This document shows positions 48,186 to 59,800 of a stretch of DNA of 64,000 nt, in pieces (within the stretch, counting starts at the first letter, position 1; the number at the start of each line of letters is the position of its first letter). The notes under the pieces were generated by a model. The model had not been told where the DNA came from. It did not search any database and saw only the letters and a program-made list of their open reading frames with translations. The stretch is from an uncultured Candidatus Binatia bacterium (GTDB taxonomy: Bacteria; Desulfobacterota; Binatia; DP-6), in the NCBI GenBank assembly GCA_964618895.1, contig CAZUDO010000058.1, positions 46,082 to 110,081 on the forward strand. The letters are read 5' to 3'. Made by a program: the position numbers and the translations under genes.

Positions 48186-49226
48186 ATGCGTGCGCTGGGA
48201 TGGGGACTGCGGCTCGCGCTCGCGGGGCTGTTCGCCTTCGCGGCCAGCGGGAAGCTGCTCGGGCATGCCGAGTCGGTGGCGGCCTTCACGACCCTCGGCG
48301 CGGGCAGCGGGTTCCGTCTCTTCATCGGCGGGTGCGAGCTGCTCGGCGCCATCGGCCTCGTCCTGCCCCCGTTCGCCGCCCTGGCCGCGCTCGCTCTTTC
48401 CCTGGTCATGATCGGCGCCGTCGCGGCCCATCTGCTGGTCCTCGGGCCGAGCGCCGCGCCGGCGGCCGTGGTCCTCGCCGCGCTGCTCGCGGTGGCGTGG
48501 CTCGAGCGCGGCGGTCTCCGGGCGCTGCACGTGCTCGTCACCGGCAAGGGGGCCATGGACGGCTGGCTCGCCCACAGCTACGACCGTGGCATCCAGCAGG
48601 TCTTCCGGGGCCTGTTCACCGAGCTGTCGCGCGACGTCCTGGCGGCGATGCAGGGTGCCCGTCGCATCCTCGACGCCGGCTGCGGCCCGGGGCAGTTCAC
48701 GGTCATGGCCGCCGAGGCGCTGCCCCGGACCGAGGTGTGGGGCATCGACCTCGCCCCGGCGATGCTGGCCCTCGCCCGCCAGCATGCCGCCGCCTCCCCG
48801 GCCGTGGCGCGCGTCCACTTCGAGCGTGCCGACGTGACCCGTTTGCCCTTCCCCGACGCCCACTTCGACGCCGTCATGACCACCGGCTCGATCAAGCAGT
48901 GGCCGGACCCGGTGGCGGGCCTGTGCGAGCTGCACCGGGTGCTGGTGCCGGGCGGGCGCGCGTTCGTGGTCGAGCTGAACCGCGCCGCACCACCGGCCGC
49001 CGTGGCCGCGTTCGTGGCCCGCGCCGGCACGTGGGTGGCACGCGTCTTCCTGCCACGCGCGGTGGCGCAGGGGATGGCGCCCGCGGACGGGGTGGCGATC
49101 GTACGCGCCTCGCCGTTCGGTACGGTCGTCGGCGAGCGCCTGCTGCTCGACGGCCTGCTCTGGCTGGCGGAGCTGCAGCGTGCCCCGGCGCACGACCCGC
49201 CGCGCGTTCCGGCCCCGCCCGGCTGA
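48186..49226 (+). CDS. DoxX-family membrane domain fused to a class I SAM-dependent methyltransferase
   Basis: The N-terminal ~115 aa have three or four TM helices of DoxX type. The C-terminus carries methyltransferase motif I (ILDAGCGPGQF) and a post-I acidic residue. GGAGGAGGG Shine-Dalgarno upstream. Confidence 0.65.
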   Translation: MRALGWGLRLALAGLFAFAASGKLLGHAESVAAFTTLGAGSGFRLFIGGCELLGAIGLVLPPFAALAALALSLVMIGAVAAHLLVLGPSAAPAAVVLAALLAVAWLERGGLRALHVLVTGKGAMDGWLAHSYDRGIQQVFRGLFTELSRDVLAAMQGARRILDAGCGPGQFTVMAAEALPRTEVWGIDLAPAMLALARQHAAASPAVARVHFERADVTRLPFPDAHFDAVMTTGSIKQWPDPVAGLCELHRVLVPGGRAFVVELNRAAPPAAVAAFVARAGTWVARVFLPRAVAQGMAPADGVAIVRASPFGTVVGERLLLDGLLWLAELQRAPAHDPPRVPAPPG

Positions 49227-49229
49227 GCC

Positions 49230-50114
49230 GTGGCGCAGCCCACCGCCCGCTCGCGCTACCGGCCGGATACCGTCCCGGACTACAGCCACCGCTTCCACGC
49301 CGGCAACGTCGGCGACGTGTGGAAACACTGTGCGTTGCTCGAGGTGCTACGCGGGGCAGCCGCGCACGGCGGGCCGGTGCACTATGTCGAGACGCACGCC
49401 GGCGAAGGCGGGTACGCCCTCGGTCCGACGGGCGAGTGGAGCGAGGGCATCGGGCGCCTGTGGGCCGCCCCCGATCGCGACGGAGCGCCGGACGGGCTCG
49501 CGCGCTACCTGAGCCTCTGCCGGCGCCTCGGCCGCGGTGGAGAACGACCCACGCGCTACCCCGGGTCGCCCGCGTTCGCCCGCGCCGCTCTCGGCGCCGA
49601 CGCGCCGCTCCTACTCTGGGAACGCGACCAGCACGCCTGGGAGCAGCTGACCGCGCATGCCGCAGGCGACCCGCATACCCTCGTCATCCGGGGCGACGGG
49701 CTGCAGGCCCTGGACGACACGCTCGCCACGCTCGCGCGCGAGCCCGCGCCCGTCGTCGTTTTCGTCGACCCGCCCTACACCCACAAGTCGGACTGGGTGA
49801 CCGTCCCCGACGCCCTCGTCCGCGCCGCCGCGGCGGCGCCGCACGCCTGCCTCATGCTGTGGTATCCCGTGAAGAGCCTGACCCGGCCGAACGCCATGAT
49901 CGCGCGCCTGGAGGCCGCCGCCGTCCCCGGGACCGTCGCTGAGCTGGTGACCACGCCGCTCGAGCACCAGCGCCAACGGCTGAACGGCAGCGGTGTGCTG
50001 CTGGTGCGCCCGCCCGCGTCCGTGCTCGCCGCCCTCGCCGCGACCGCGCCGGTCATCGGCGCACACTGCGCTACGCACGCCGGCACCTGGTCGTTCCGCA
50101 TGCGGAGCTGGTGA
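49230..50114 (+). CDS. rlmJ: 23S rRNA (adenine2030-N6)-methyltransferase RlmJ
   Basis: RlmJ signatures HAGNVGDVWKH and the DPPY catalytic motif (VFVDPPYTHK). GTG start. Confidence 0.8.
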   Translation: MAQPTARSRYRPDTVPDYSHRFHAGNVGDVWKHCALLEVLRGAAAHGGPVHYVETHAGEGGYALGPTGEWSEGIGRLWAAPDRDGAPDGLARYLSLCRRLGRGGERPTRYPGSPAFARAALGADAPLLLWERDQHAWEQLTAHAAGDPHTLVIRGDGLQALDDTLATLAREPAPVVVFVDPPYTHKSDWVTVPDALVRAAAAAPHACLMLWYPVKSLTRPNAMIARLEAAAVPGTVAELVTTPLEHQRQRLNGSGVLLVRPPASVLAALAATAPVIGAHCATHAGTWSFRMRSW

Positions 50115-50219
50115 CGGCTACGCGGGAGATCGAAGAAGATCCGCCAGTGACCCACGCGGCGGCGGTAGCTCGCGCGGAATCTTCATCGGACGAGTCGAGG
50201 CGACGCTGGATCCGAACGC

Positions 50220-50879
50220 CTACAGCCGGAGCGCCTCGAGCGTCGCCTCGATCTCATGGGTTGGCAGACGCTGCAGGTGTCGACTGATCGCGTCGACGAC
50301 CGTGGCGGCGCCTCCGCTCGCCGAGAGCCGCCGCGTCGACGGGTCCCACGTGAGGCGGGCAAAGCGATGGTCGAGACCATCGCCGCGGACGCGCAGGCCG
50401 TGGCACACGACCGTCCCACCGGTCCAGGCATCCGCCCGGCACCGTGTGGCTCGGAGGGTGAGCCTGGCGTCACCTGTCCGGCCCCGCACGCGCAGTCGGA
50501 GGCCGTCGACACGCAGGGAAGACACGGTCCGGGCCGGCGCGGATCCTTTTGTTGCCCCGCCCGCGCCGCCCGGCCGCGCGGCGTGGCCGGCGCCGTCACG
50601 CACCTCGATGCGGGCGTTGCGCGCCGTGAGCGCACGCGCAAACCCGAGCCGGAACGGGCCGACCCGCGTCCGCTCGAGTCGCAGCTCGTCGGCCGCCACG
50701 TCGATCACGCGACGGCCGGCCACGACGCGGGTCGAATGGAAGCCACGAATGACGACGCCATCGTGGGCCGGCGGTCCGGGCACGGGAGCGGGCGCCCGCC
50801 CCAGACCGAGCCCGGCCACCATCGCCGCACCGGCCACCGCGAGCGCGCCGAGCAGGTATCTCGTGTCGCGTGCGGTCAT
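50220..50879 (-). CDS. Hypothetical periplasmic/membrane-anchored protein, translationally coupled to the giant repeat protein
   Basis: The ATG at 50879 shares its A with the giant gene's TGA stop (TGATG). N-terminal TM (YLLGALAVAGAAMVAGLGL) then a beta-rich Arg-rich region. An alternative ATG at 50897 gives the ORF-track start. Confidence 0.45.
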   Translation of the reverse strand: MTARDTRYLLGALAVAGAAMVAGLGLGRAPAPVPGPPAHDGVVIRGFHSTRVVAGRRVIDVAADELRLERTRVGPFRLGFARALTARNARIEVRDGAGHAARPGGAGGATKGSAPARTVSSLRVDGLRLRVRGRTGDARLTLRATRCRADAWTGGTVVCHGLRVRGDGLDHRFARLTWDPSTRRLSASGGAATVVDAISRHLQRLPTHEIEATLEALRL

Positions 50880-53800
50880 CAGGGGAGGAAGTTGCATCGT
50901 CCGGTGAGCAGGCGGCCGAGCTCGCAGCGCGTCATGTCGGGCGCGAGGCCGCCGAAGGTCGCGTCGGGCAGCTGCTGGAGATCCGGCCGCCCGAGCGCGT
51001 CGAAGCCGGGCACGAGCGGACGGAGCGTCGTCATCGTACCCATGAAGAACGGCGCCAGGGTGAGCCGTTGGTCACGCAGGAGGCCGAACGTGCGGGCGGC
51101 AAACGTGGCCTGTCCGGTGAGCGCGGTGCGGAGGTTCTGGAGTCCCAGCCGGACACGTCCGACCTGAGCCCGATCGGCGGCGGGGATGACGAGGGCGTCG
51201 TCGGCCTGGTCGTCGGTCTCGGCCACCACCACGTCGATCGCCGCGACCAACGCGGCGAGCGCCTCGTCGAGCCGGATGCGGGCGAGGGTGAGCTCGGTCG
51301 TGCCACCCGGCCGCAGCGTGAGGAGGAGTGGATTGGCGAGGAAGACCTGCTGCGCGGTACGGCGGTTGGCGATCGCGTCGTCGGCGTCGACTCCGAAATC
51401 GTAGGCGGCCACTGCATGAGCGGCGGCGGCCGCGGCCTCGAGCGTCGCCCGGAGCACGAGGACGTCGCCGCTGTCGATCTCGACCGGGCCGAGGCCCGAG
51501 CGGCGGACACACGGCGGCAGGTTGTCGGGGTCGAACGGAATCGTCGCACCCGCCGGGATACGGGCGAGATGGGCGAGCGCTGCGTCGGCCGCCGGCACGG
51601 AGGTGCGGATCGCGTCGAGGACCTCGGTCGTGTCCGGCGCGTCCGGCGGAATGGCGCCGTCGTGCACCGCGGACAGGCCACACAGCGTGGCCGCCGACCC
51701 GACGCCCTCGCCGCCCGAGGCGCGCAGGAGATCCAGGGCCAGCGGCGCGTCGACGCGTACGGCCAACCCGGTGAGGGCGGCCAGCAGGCTCGCCTCGGGA
51801 TTGCCGGGGTCGGCCGCGGCCGCCGCGGCGCAGAACGGATCCGCCTGCACCGCATTGCCGGCCCGCAGGCGGGCGAGGCAACGCAGCACGTTGGCTTCGG
51901 CCCCGTCACTGCGTCCGTCACCGTCGCTGTCGGCGTCGGTCGGATCGCTCCGTAGATCGAGGACTTCCTCCCCGTCGCCCACACCGTCACCGTCGCTGTC
52001 GGCGCTTCCGGGCCTCGTGCCCGTGTCGAAGCCGTCGGCGAACGTGCCGGTCGCGGTCTCGACCGGATCGACGAGGCGATCGCCGTCCGTATCGGGGAAG
52101 GTGACGAAGCGGAGCAGTGGCTCGCCCTGGCGGCGGAGCGGGACGTGTGCCGAGACGGGTACGCTGGTGCCGTCGTCGACGGCGACGATGAGGTCCTGGT
52201 CGGCCCCGTCGACGAGCGACGAGATGTCGAGCGGACCGGGCAGGATCGAGCCCGCAAACGGCACCGGCCCGATGGTTGGCGAACTTCTGACGTAGGTCGC
52301 GGCAGTGTCGCTGCCTCCCCCCTGGGCCCAGCTCGTGAAGCGCAACGTGAAGAGGGCGCCGGTCACCGTCGAGCGCACGCACACGGTGCGGCCAGCGAGC
52401 TGCGAGTTGCTGTCGCCGCAGACGCGGAAGAAGGTCGGCCGGAAGCCGTTCTCGAGCGCGTCGCAGGCGCCACACGCGAATTCGAAATCCTGGCCGCTGG
52501 ATGTGAACGAGCTTTCGAGGAGCCGCCGGCCGTTCGGCCGTTCGACGAAGCGGCCAGCCTCGAGCACGTCGCGGAAGCTGTTGCGGCGCGTGAGGGCGAC
52601 GGACACCTGGCTCTCGATGCGGACCGTACCTGCGAGCGGGTCGGCGTTCGGGTCGGCGAGGGCCACGTCCACGTCGATGCTGTCGCCGTCGGCGACCAGG
52701 GCACGGATCGCGAGCGTCGGCTGACAGGCATCGCCGCCGCCGTCGAAATCGGCGTCGGCCTGGTCCGGGTTCCGCACCGTGCGACAGTTGTCGCGTCCGT
52801 CGGCGACGCCGTCGCCGTCGCCGTCGGGGTCGAGCGGGTCGCTGCCGCGGGCCACCTCGTCCGCGTCGGTGAGTCCGTCGGCATCGGTGTCCGGATTCTG
52901 CGGGTCGGTACCGTTGGCGACCTCGGTACCGTCGCCGAGGCCGTCTTCGTCGGTGTCCGCAAAGCGCGGGTCGGTGCCACGGGCGACCTCGGCGCCGTCG
53001 TTGAGGCCGTCCCCGTCGGTGTCGGGGTTGCGCGGGTCGGTGCCGGTCGCCTGCTCGACCGGATTGGCGAGGCCGTCGCCGTCGGTGTCGGCGGGGCCGT
53101 CGGCGGGGTTGCGCGGGTCGAGGCCGTTGGCGACCTCGTACCCGTCGGAGAGGCCGTCGGCGTCGGTGTCCGCGCTCGTCGGATTGGTGCCACGGGTGGC
53201 CTCGTCGGCGTCGGAGAGCCCGTCGGCGTCGGCGTCGGGGAAGGCGAAGAAGTTGACGATCTGCGCCTGTTCCTCGGGGGTGATGCCCTCGAGGGCGCGG
53301 CCGCCGAGGCGGGAGAGGCGGGTGGCGGTGGCGATCGCGTCGGCGCGGGCCGTGCGTCGCGCCCCGAAGTGCATGAGGATGGTGCGCCCGCCGGGGGGCA
53401 CGGTCACCTGGAACGAGACGCCGATGGAACCCCGGTTGAAGTCGTTGGCAAACACACCCCCGGGCTCCTGGCGGGCGTTGGGTCCCGAGAAGACGTAGGC
53501 GAGCGCCGGACTCCCGGTGACGTCACCGTCGTCCGTGACCACGAAGTCGTCGGCGAGGTCACCGGTCAGGTCGCCACTGGACGTCGAGACCACGACCCGT
53601 GGCATCGGGAAGGGGAATTCGGACGAGTTGATGGACACGAACGCGGCTCGCGGCTCACGAGTCGGGTTGTCGAGGATCTCGAGGTAGCGGACGAACGCGT
53701 CGTCTCGCGGCACGAAGATCTTGCGACTGAAGCGCAGGGCGCCTTGGATGTTGGGCCCGACGAAGGCGCCGTCGGGTGACCCCGGGCCAGACGACGTCGG

Positions 53801-56800
53801 GACGATGGCCGAGAACGAGACACCACCCTGCCCGTCGCTGCTCACGCTCACGTTGAAGCCGCTGAAGAAGGTCTCCTGGATCGTCCCGGCAAAATAGACC
53901 GGCCAGCGGAACGACAGTCCGTCGCGCAGTACGATGGGCACGGGCGCGTTCCGGCGGTCGTCGGTGGCCACCAGCGGATTGGTCCCGTCGGCCAGCACCT
54001 CCTCGCCGTCGCTCCGGCCGCCCCGGTCGGTATCACGGTTCCGCGGATCGGTGCCGAGCAGCTGCACCTCCTCGCCGTCCAACAGGGCATCGAGGTCCGT
54101 GTCGGCCTGCCGCGGGTTGGTCCCGCGCTGCAGCTCGTCGCGGGTAACGAGGCCGTCGTCGTCGGGGTCGGCGCCGGCGTCGGAGGCATCCAGCGGATCG
54201 AGGTTGATCCGCACCTCGACGCCGTCCGGAATACCGTCGCCGTCGGTGTCCGCCCGCAGCGGGTCGGTCCCGCGGCCGATCTCGTCCCCGTCACCGAGGC
54301 CGTCGTCGTCGCTGTCCGGGTCGCGCGGGTCGGTGCCGCGCGCCGCCTCGTCGGCGTCGCGGAGTCCGTCGGCGTCGGTGTCGGCGCTGCGCGGGTTGGT
54401 GCCCCCGCTGACCTCCGCGCCGTCCCGGATGCCATCGCCGTCGCTGTCGGCATTGGTCGGATTCGTCCCCGCCGTCTGCTCGACGAGGTTGTCGAGGCCG
54501 TCGCCGTCGGGGTCGGCGCCACCGTCGGCCGCCGACCGCGGATCGAATCCCCAGGCCACCTCGAAGCCGTCGCGGAGGCCGTCGCCGTCGCTGTCGGGGT
54601 CGTCGGACCGCGTCCCGCGCGCGGCTTCTTCGGCGTCAGAGAGGCCGTCGCCATCGGCGTCGAGAGCCACGAAGTTGAGGATGGACGCACGCTCCTCGGG
54701 TGACAGGAACGAGAGCGCGGCTCCACCGAGGCCCGCGAGTCGCGTGGCGTTGGCGACGGCTCCAGCGTCGGTGCCGCTCACCGACGCGAATTGCAGTAGG
54801 CGGATCCTGCCGCCTGGAGGAATCCGGACCGTGAACGTCGTCGTGAGGTTCGCGAAACCGCGGCCTCGGCGGGGATCGAACTCGGACGCGAACCGGACGG
54901 AGGAGGGCTCGAGCCGTGCGAAGGGTCCCGAGAAGACGTGCGCGACCGGCGGATTGAGCAGGGCGCCTCCGGGGGATGACGCCACGTGGGTGACGACGAA
55001 ATCGTCGCCGGCATCCGCGAGCGCGTCGCCGTTCGACGTGGTCACGATCTCGATGGGGAGAGCGCCCGACGGCCCGAATACCCGGAAGAAGCTCCTGGCC
55101 TCCAGGGTGGCAACCGTCTCGGTGTCGGCCAGATTGTCGATGACCTCCAGAACGCGCACGAAGCGGTCATTCCCGGGCACGAACACCTTGCGTACCAAGC
55201 GCAGGTCGCCGCCGAGCGCGGGACCGATGACGAGTTCGCGCGGGAAGGCGCCGCCCGCCGACCCTCCCGGGACGTCGAAATCGGCGACCGCCGTCCTGCC
55301 GACGAAAAACCCGAACGAGAACAGGCCCGAGTCGGTATCCAGGTTCAGTAGGGAATGAAGCCGGGAAGTCCCGACCCCGAGCGAGCCGTTCGCGTTCACG
55401 GTCCAGACGGCCCCACTGCCGTCACGAAGACCCGAGAGCGGCAGGGCATAGCCGGTCGCCTCGCTGAACGGGTTCCGGGGATCGGTGCTATCGACGAGCA
55501 CCTCCTGCCCGTCGGTGCGGCCCGCCCCATCGGTGTCGGGGATCAGCGGATCGGTGCCGGCGAGATGCACTTCTTCGCCATCCCGGAGCGTGTCACCGTC
55601 GCTGTCCGGCTCGAACACGTCCGTGCCACGCGCGACCTCCTCCGCGTTGCCGAGCCCGTCCAGGTCGGCGTCCGCCGCCGCGTCCGTCGGATCGAGCGGG
55701 TTGAGCCCGCTCGCGTCCTCGGCGCCGTCGCGCACGCCGTCGCCGTCGGTGTCGGGACGGAACGGGTCGGTGCCCTCGTCGAACTCGTCGCCGTCGTCGA
55801 GGCCATCGCCGTCGCTGTCGGCCACCAGCGGGTCGGTGCCGGTGAGGAAGCGCTCGACCCCGTCGCACAGGTCGTCGCCGTCGGTGTCGAAGAGGGAGGG
55901 GTCGGTCCCGAGGGGCGGCTCCTCGCAGTCGCCGAGGCCGTCCGCGTCGAAGTCGCGCTCGAGCCCGCGGCCGCACGGGTCGGTCGCGTCGAGCGGGTCG
56001 GTGAGCGTGAGGACCTCGAAGCCGTCCCGGAGACCATCGTCATCGGTGTCGGGGTCGTTCGGGTCGGTGCCGATGTCGACCTCGTCGGCGTCGGTGATAC
56101 CGTCGCCGTCGGTATCGAGGTCGCCCGACGGCCGGTCGTCGGAGGGATCCGTCGGGTCGAAGCCGAGGTCGCGCTCCACCCCGTCATCGAGGCCGCCGCC
56201 GTCGGTGTCGCGGTCGAGCGGGTCGGTGACGAAGCCGTCGGCGCCCGGGATCACCTCCTCGCCGTCGAGGAGACGGTCGCCGTCGGTGTCAGCGCGCGTG
56301 GGGTTCGTGCCACGCGTCACCTCGTTGCCGTCGAGGAGCGTGTCACCGTCCGTGTCGGGCACGCAGGGGTCGGTGCCCTGGAGGAACTCCTGCCCGTTCG
56401 CTAGCCCGTCGGCGTCGGGATCGCGGTCGGCGTCCCGGAGCCGGGAGTTGAGGCCGCAGGAGCGGTGCAGGTCCTCGAAGTCGTTCGGCACGCCGTCGCC
56501 GTCGCGGTCGGCGCCGAGATTCACCACCAAGCGCACCGACGTGAACACGCCGTCGTTCGAGATGCTGACGATGACCGCTCCGCTGTCCGTCCTTGCGGTG
56601 ACGAGGCCGTCGGGCCCGACAGTCGCAATGGCGGCGTTGCTGCTCACGTACGTGGTCCCGGTGCTTCCGGCGGTCACATCGGGCATCGAGCCGTCGGCAA
56701 GCGTCGCGACGACGGTGATCTGCGCGCTCTGCCCTTCGGCGGTGAGCGTGTCCGGCACGACGGTGGTAGCGAGCGACTCGACCGCCGGCGGCGCGTCGCC

Positions 56801-59800
56801 CAGCTCGATGGTGCCCACGTCGATGGTCTCGCCGAGCTCGGCGGCGAAGAAGCCCGACACGCCGGCGAGCAGCCCGGCGTCGAACGAGACCGCCCGCGCC
56901 CGGAACAGCCCGGGCGCCGCCGGCACGTTCGGAATGAGGAACGTGCCGTCTGAATTCACGCGCACGGACCGGCTGCGCGCCGTTACCGTGGCGCCGGCGA
57001 CGCCGCCACTCGACCCGCCGGGGCCGACGACGACGCCCCGCACGCGCATCGACGGTGGGGGCGGCGGACTTGCGAAGAACCACCCGGACTTGGCGATGCC
57101 GCTTCCCGGGTCGGATACGATGGTGGCACCGTCAGGCTGCACCGTAGCCGTACCGGCGCTCACGTACTGCCCGAGGTCGTGGTCGAAGCTGAACAGCTCG
57201 ATGATCTGCCCCGGCGGCAGGCCGTCGGAGTTCGGGACGATGAGTCGGGCCGGCGGATCGAAGTGAATGCCGGGCGGCTGGAATGTTCCCACCCAGGGGG
57301 GTGCCGCACCGCCCGACGGCGGCATCGGCGCCTGGTCGCTGCTCACCTGCGTGACGCCCATGGTGACGACCTGCGACGTCGCCGCCAGCAGCCCGGCTCC
57401 CGGCACCGACACCGAGTTGGCGAGAACCTCCAGGCCGAAGCCTTCGACGCCGGCCATCCGCAGGACGACGTTCTCAGCGCCGCCCACCTCCTGGAAGTTG
57501 GGTTCGTCGAGCTGTGGCAGGAAGATTGGCATGCCGAGGGTGTTGTCGGTACCGGGCAGTATCTCGACCGCCAGCTCGATCGGCGGCCAGACGCCAGGCC
57601 GCGTCGTCGTACTGCCGCCGACGAACAGATGCGCGGCCCCGGGCGGGACGTCCTGCAGGACGAACGTGCCGTCATCGCCCGTGAAGGTGGCGATGGGTGG
57701 GTCCGTGCCGGCGAGGGCCACCGTGGCATGCGGGATCGGCCGTTCTTCGGTGTCGAGGACGACGCCGAGGAGGCGGGCCGGCCCGGTCGGCGATGGCACC
57801 ACCGCCGAGGCAAGGAACACGGGGTCTTGCGTCGCGATGCCGTCGAAGGTCGCGGAGACGACATTGTTGTTCACACCGGCGTCGGGGCCGAGGACGAGCG
57901 TGAGCGCGACGCGTCCATCGTCGTTGGTCGCCACCGTCGTGACGAGGGCCCCGCCCAGGTTGCCGCCCCCGCCATCGACACGGAAGGTGACAGGCAGCCC
58001 CGCGCACACGTTGCCGCCGGCGTCCACGGCGAACACCTCGAACGGGCGCGCCAGCGCCGAGCCGGCCAGGCCCACCTGGTTCTCGCCGGAGATCGCGAGC
58101 AGCTTCTCGCACGGCCCGCCGGCGGCGGAGGCGGTGAACGTCACCGGGTCGTCGAAGCCGGCGCTCCGCACCTCCACCCGGTTGTTGCCGACGCCAGCAC
58201 GCGTCCCGAGCGCCCATTCGACGCTCGCCCGGCCGTCGGCACCGGTGAGCACGCCGAGGCTCTGCGCCTCTTCCGTCGCGCCCACCCCGCGGAGGACGCC
58301 ATCGTTCCGCACCACCGCGAACTCGAGCAGCCGGCCGGACAAGGGCGCGCCGGCGGCATCCACCGCGCGTACGGCCAGCGGCGCGGCCAGCGGCTCGCGC
58401 ACGACGCCCGACTGGCCGTCGCCCGCGACGATCTCGAGCCGGAGACCGGGAGACGGGGCGCGGCGGGTGATGGTCACACTGAACGGCGCACTCACGTTGC
58501 CGGCGGTGTCGGTCGCGACCGCGGTAAGGACGTTGGTCCCGAGCGCGAGCGCGACCGCATCCACCAGGAAGCTCCGGTTACGAACGACGCCGTTCGCGCT
58601 GCCGAGCCGGCCGCTGACCACCACCCGGCAGTCCTCGGCGTTGACCGTGCCGACGACGACATCGTTCACCGCGCCGGTGACGGTGACGGTCGAAGCGGTG
58701 ACGACGCCGCCCTCCGCCGGCGTCTCGATGATGACGCTCGGTGGCGCCGTGTCCCGGATCACCGTCACGCTCGCGCTCGCCGTGAGCCCGTCCGCCGTCC
58801 GCGCGAGGGCCAGCAGGGTATTGAGTCCCTCGCGCAGCGGCACCGGGGAGGCGACGAACCGTCCGCCCGCCAGCACCGCCGTAACGCCACTCACGTCCAC
58901 GCTCGTGACGGTGGCCGACACGACCCCCGTGACATCGACAACGTCTCCCCTGGTCAGGAAGCCACCGGCTGGCGCGTCGATCGCGATCGACGGAGCCTGG
59001 CAGTCGTCCAGCTCGTCGATATCGCCGTCGCAATCGTTGTCGATGCGGTCACAGACCTCTGACGACGGGTCACCGGGGACGCATTCCTGCGCCGTACCGT
59101 TTGCGCAGGCTGGGACCGTCCGGGTACAGGCGCCCACGCCGCACGTCTGCGTCCCGAGCCCTTCGTCCGTGGCCCCGTCGCAGTCGTTGTCCTGCCCGTC
59201 GCAGCCCTCCGTCGTCGGGGTGCCCGGAACGCACGCCGGCGGCGTGCCGTTCACACACGCCGCGACGCTTCGCGTGCAGGCGCCGGTACCGCACGTCTGC
59301 GTCCCGAGCTCCTCGTCCGTAGCCCCGTCGCAGTCGTTGTCCTGCCCGTCGCACACCTCCGTCGTCGCGGTGCCCGGGCCGCACGCCGGCGGCGTACCGT
59401 TCACACAGGCCGCCACCGTCCGCGTACAGGCGCCGGTACCGCACGTCTGCGTCCCGAGCTCCTCGTCCGCGGCCCCGTCGCAGTCGTTGTCCTGCCCGTC
59501 GCAGACTTCGGGCGAGGGGACGCAGTCACTGGTGCACCGGTCGCTGCAGCCGGCGGTGCCTGGCGGCTCGCACGTTTCGCCGGTGTCGACGACCCCATCC
59601 CCGCACCGGGGGCGCGTGCAGTTCGTCCGGCATCGATCGGGCGCCGCGTCGCTGTTGGCGTCCCCGTCGTCGCATGCCTCCGGCGGGGTGACAATGCCGT
59701 TCCCGCAGCCCGTGACCGTGCAGTTGGCATCGCAGCCATCGCCGCTCAGGCTATTGCCATCGTCGCACTCCTCGCCGGGGGAGACGACGTGGTTCCCGCA

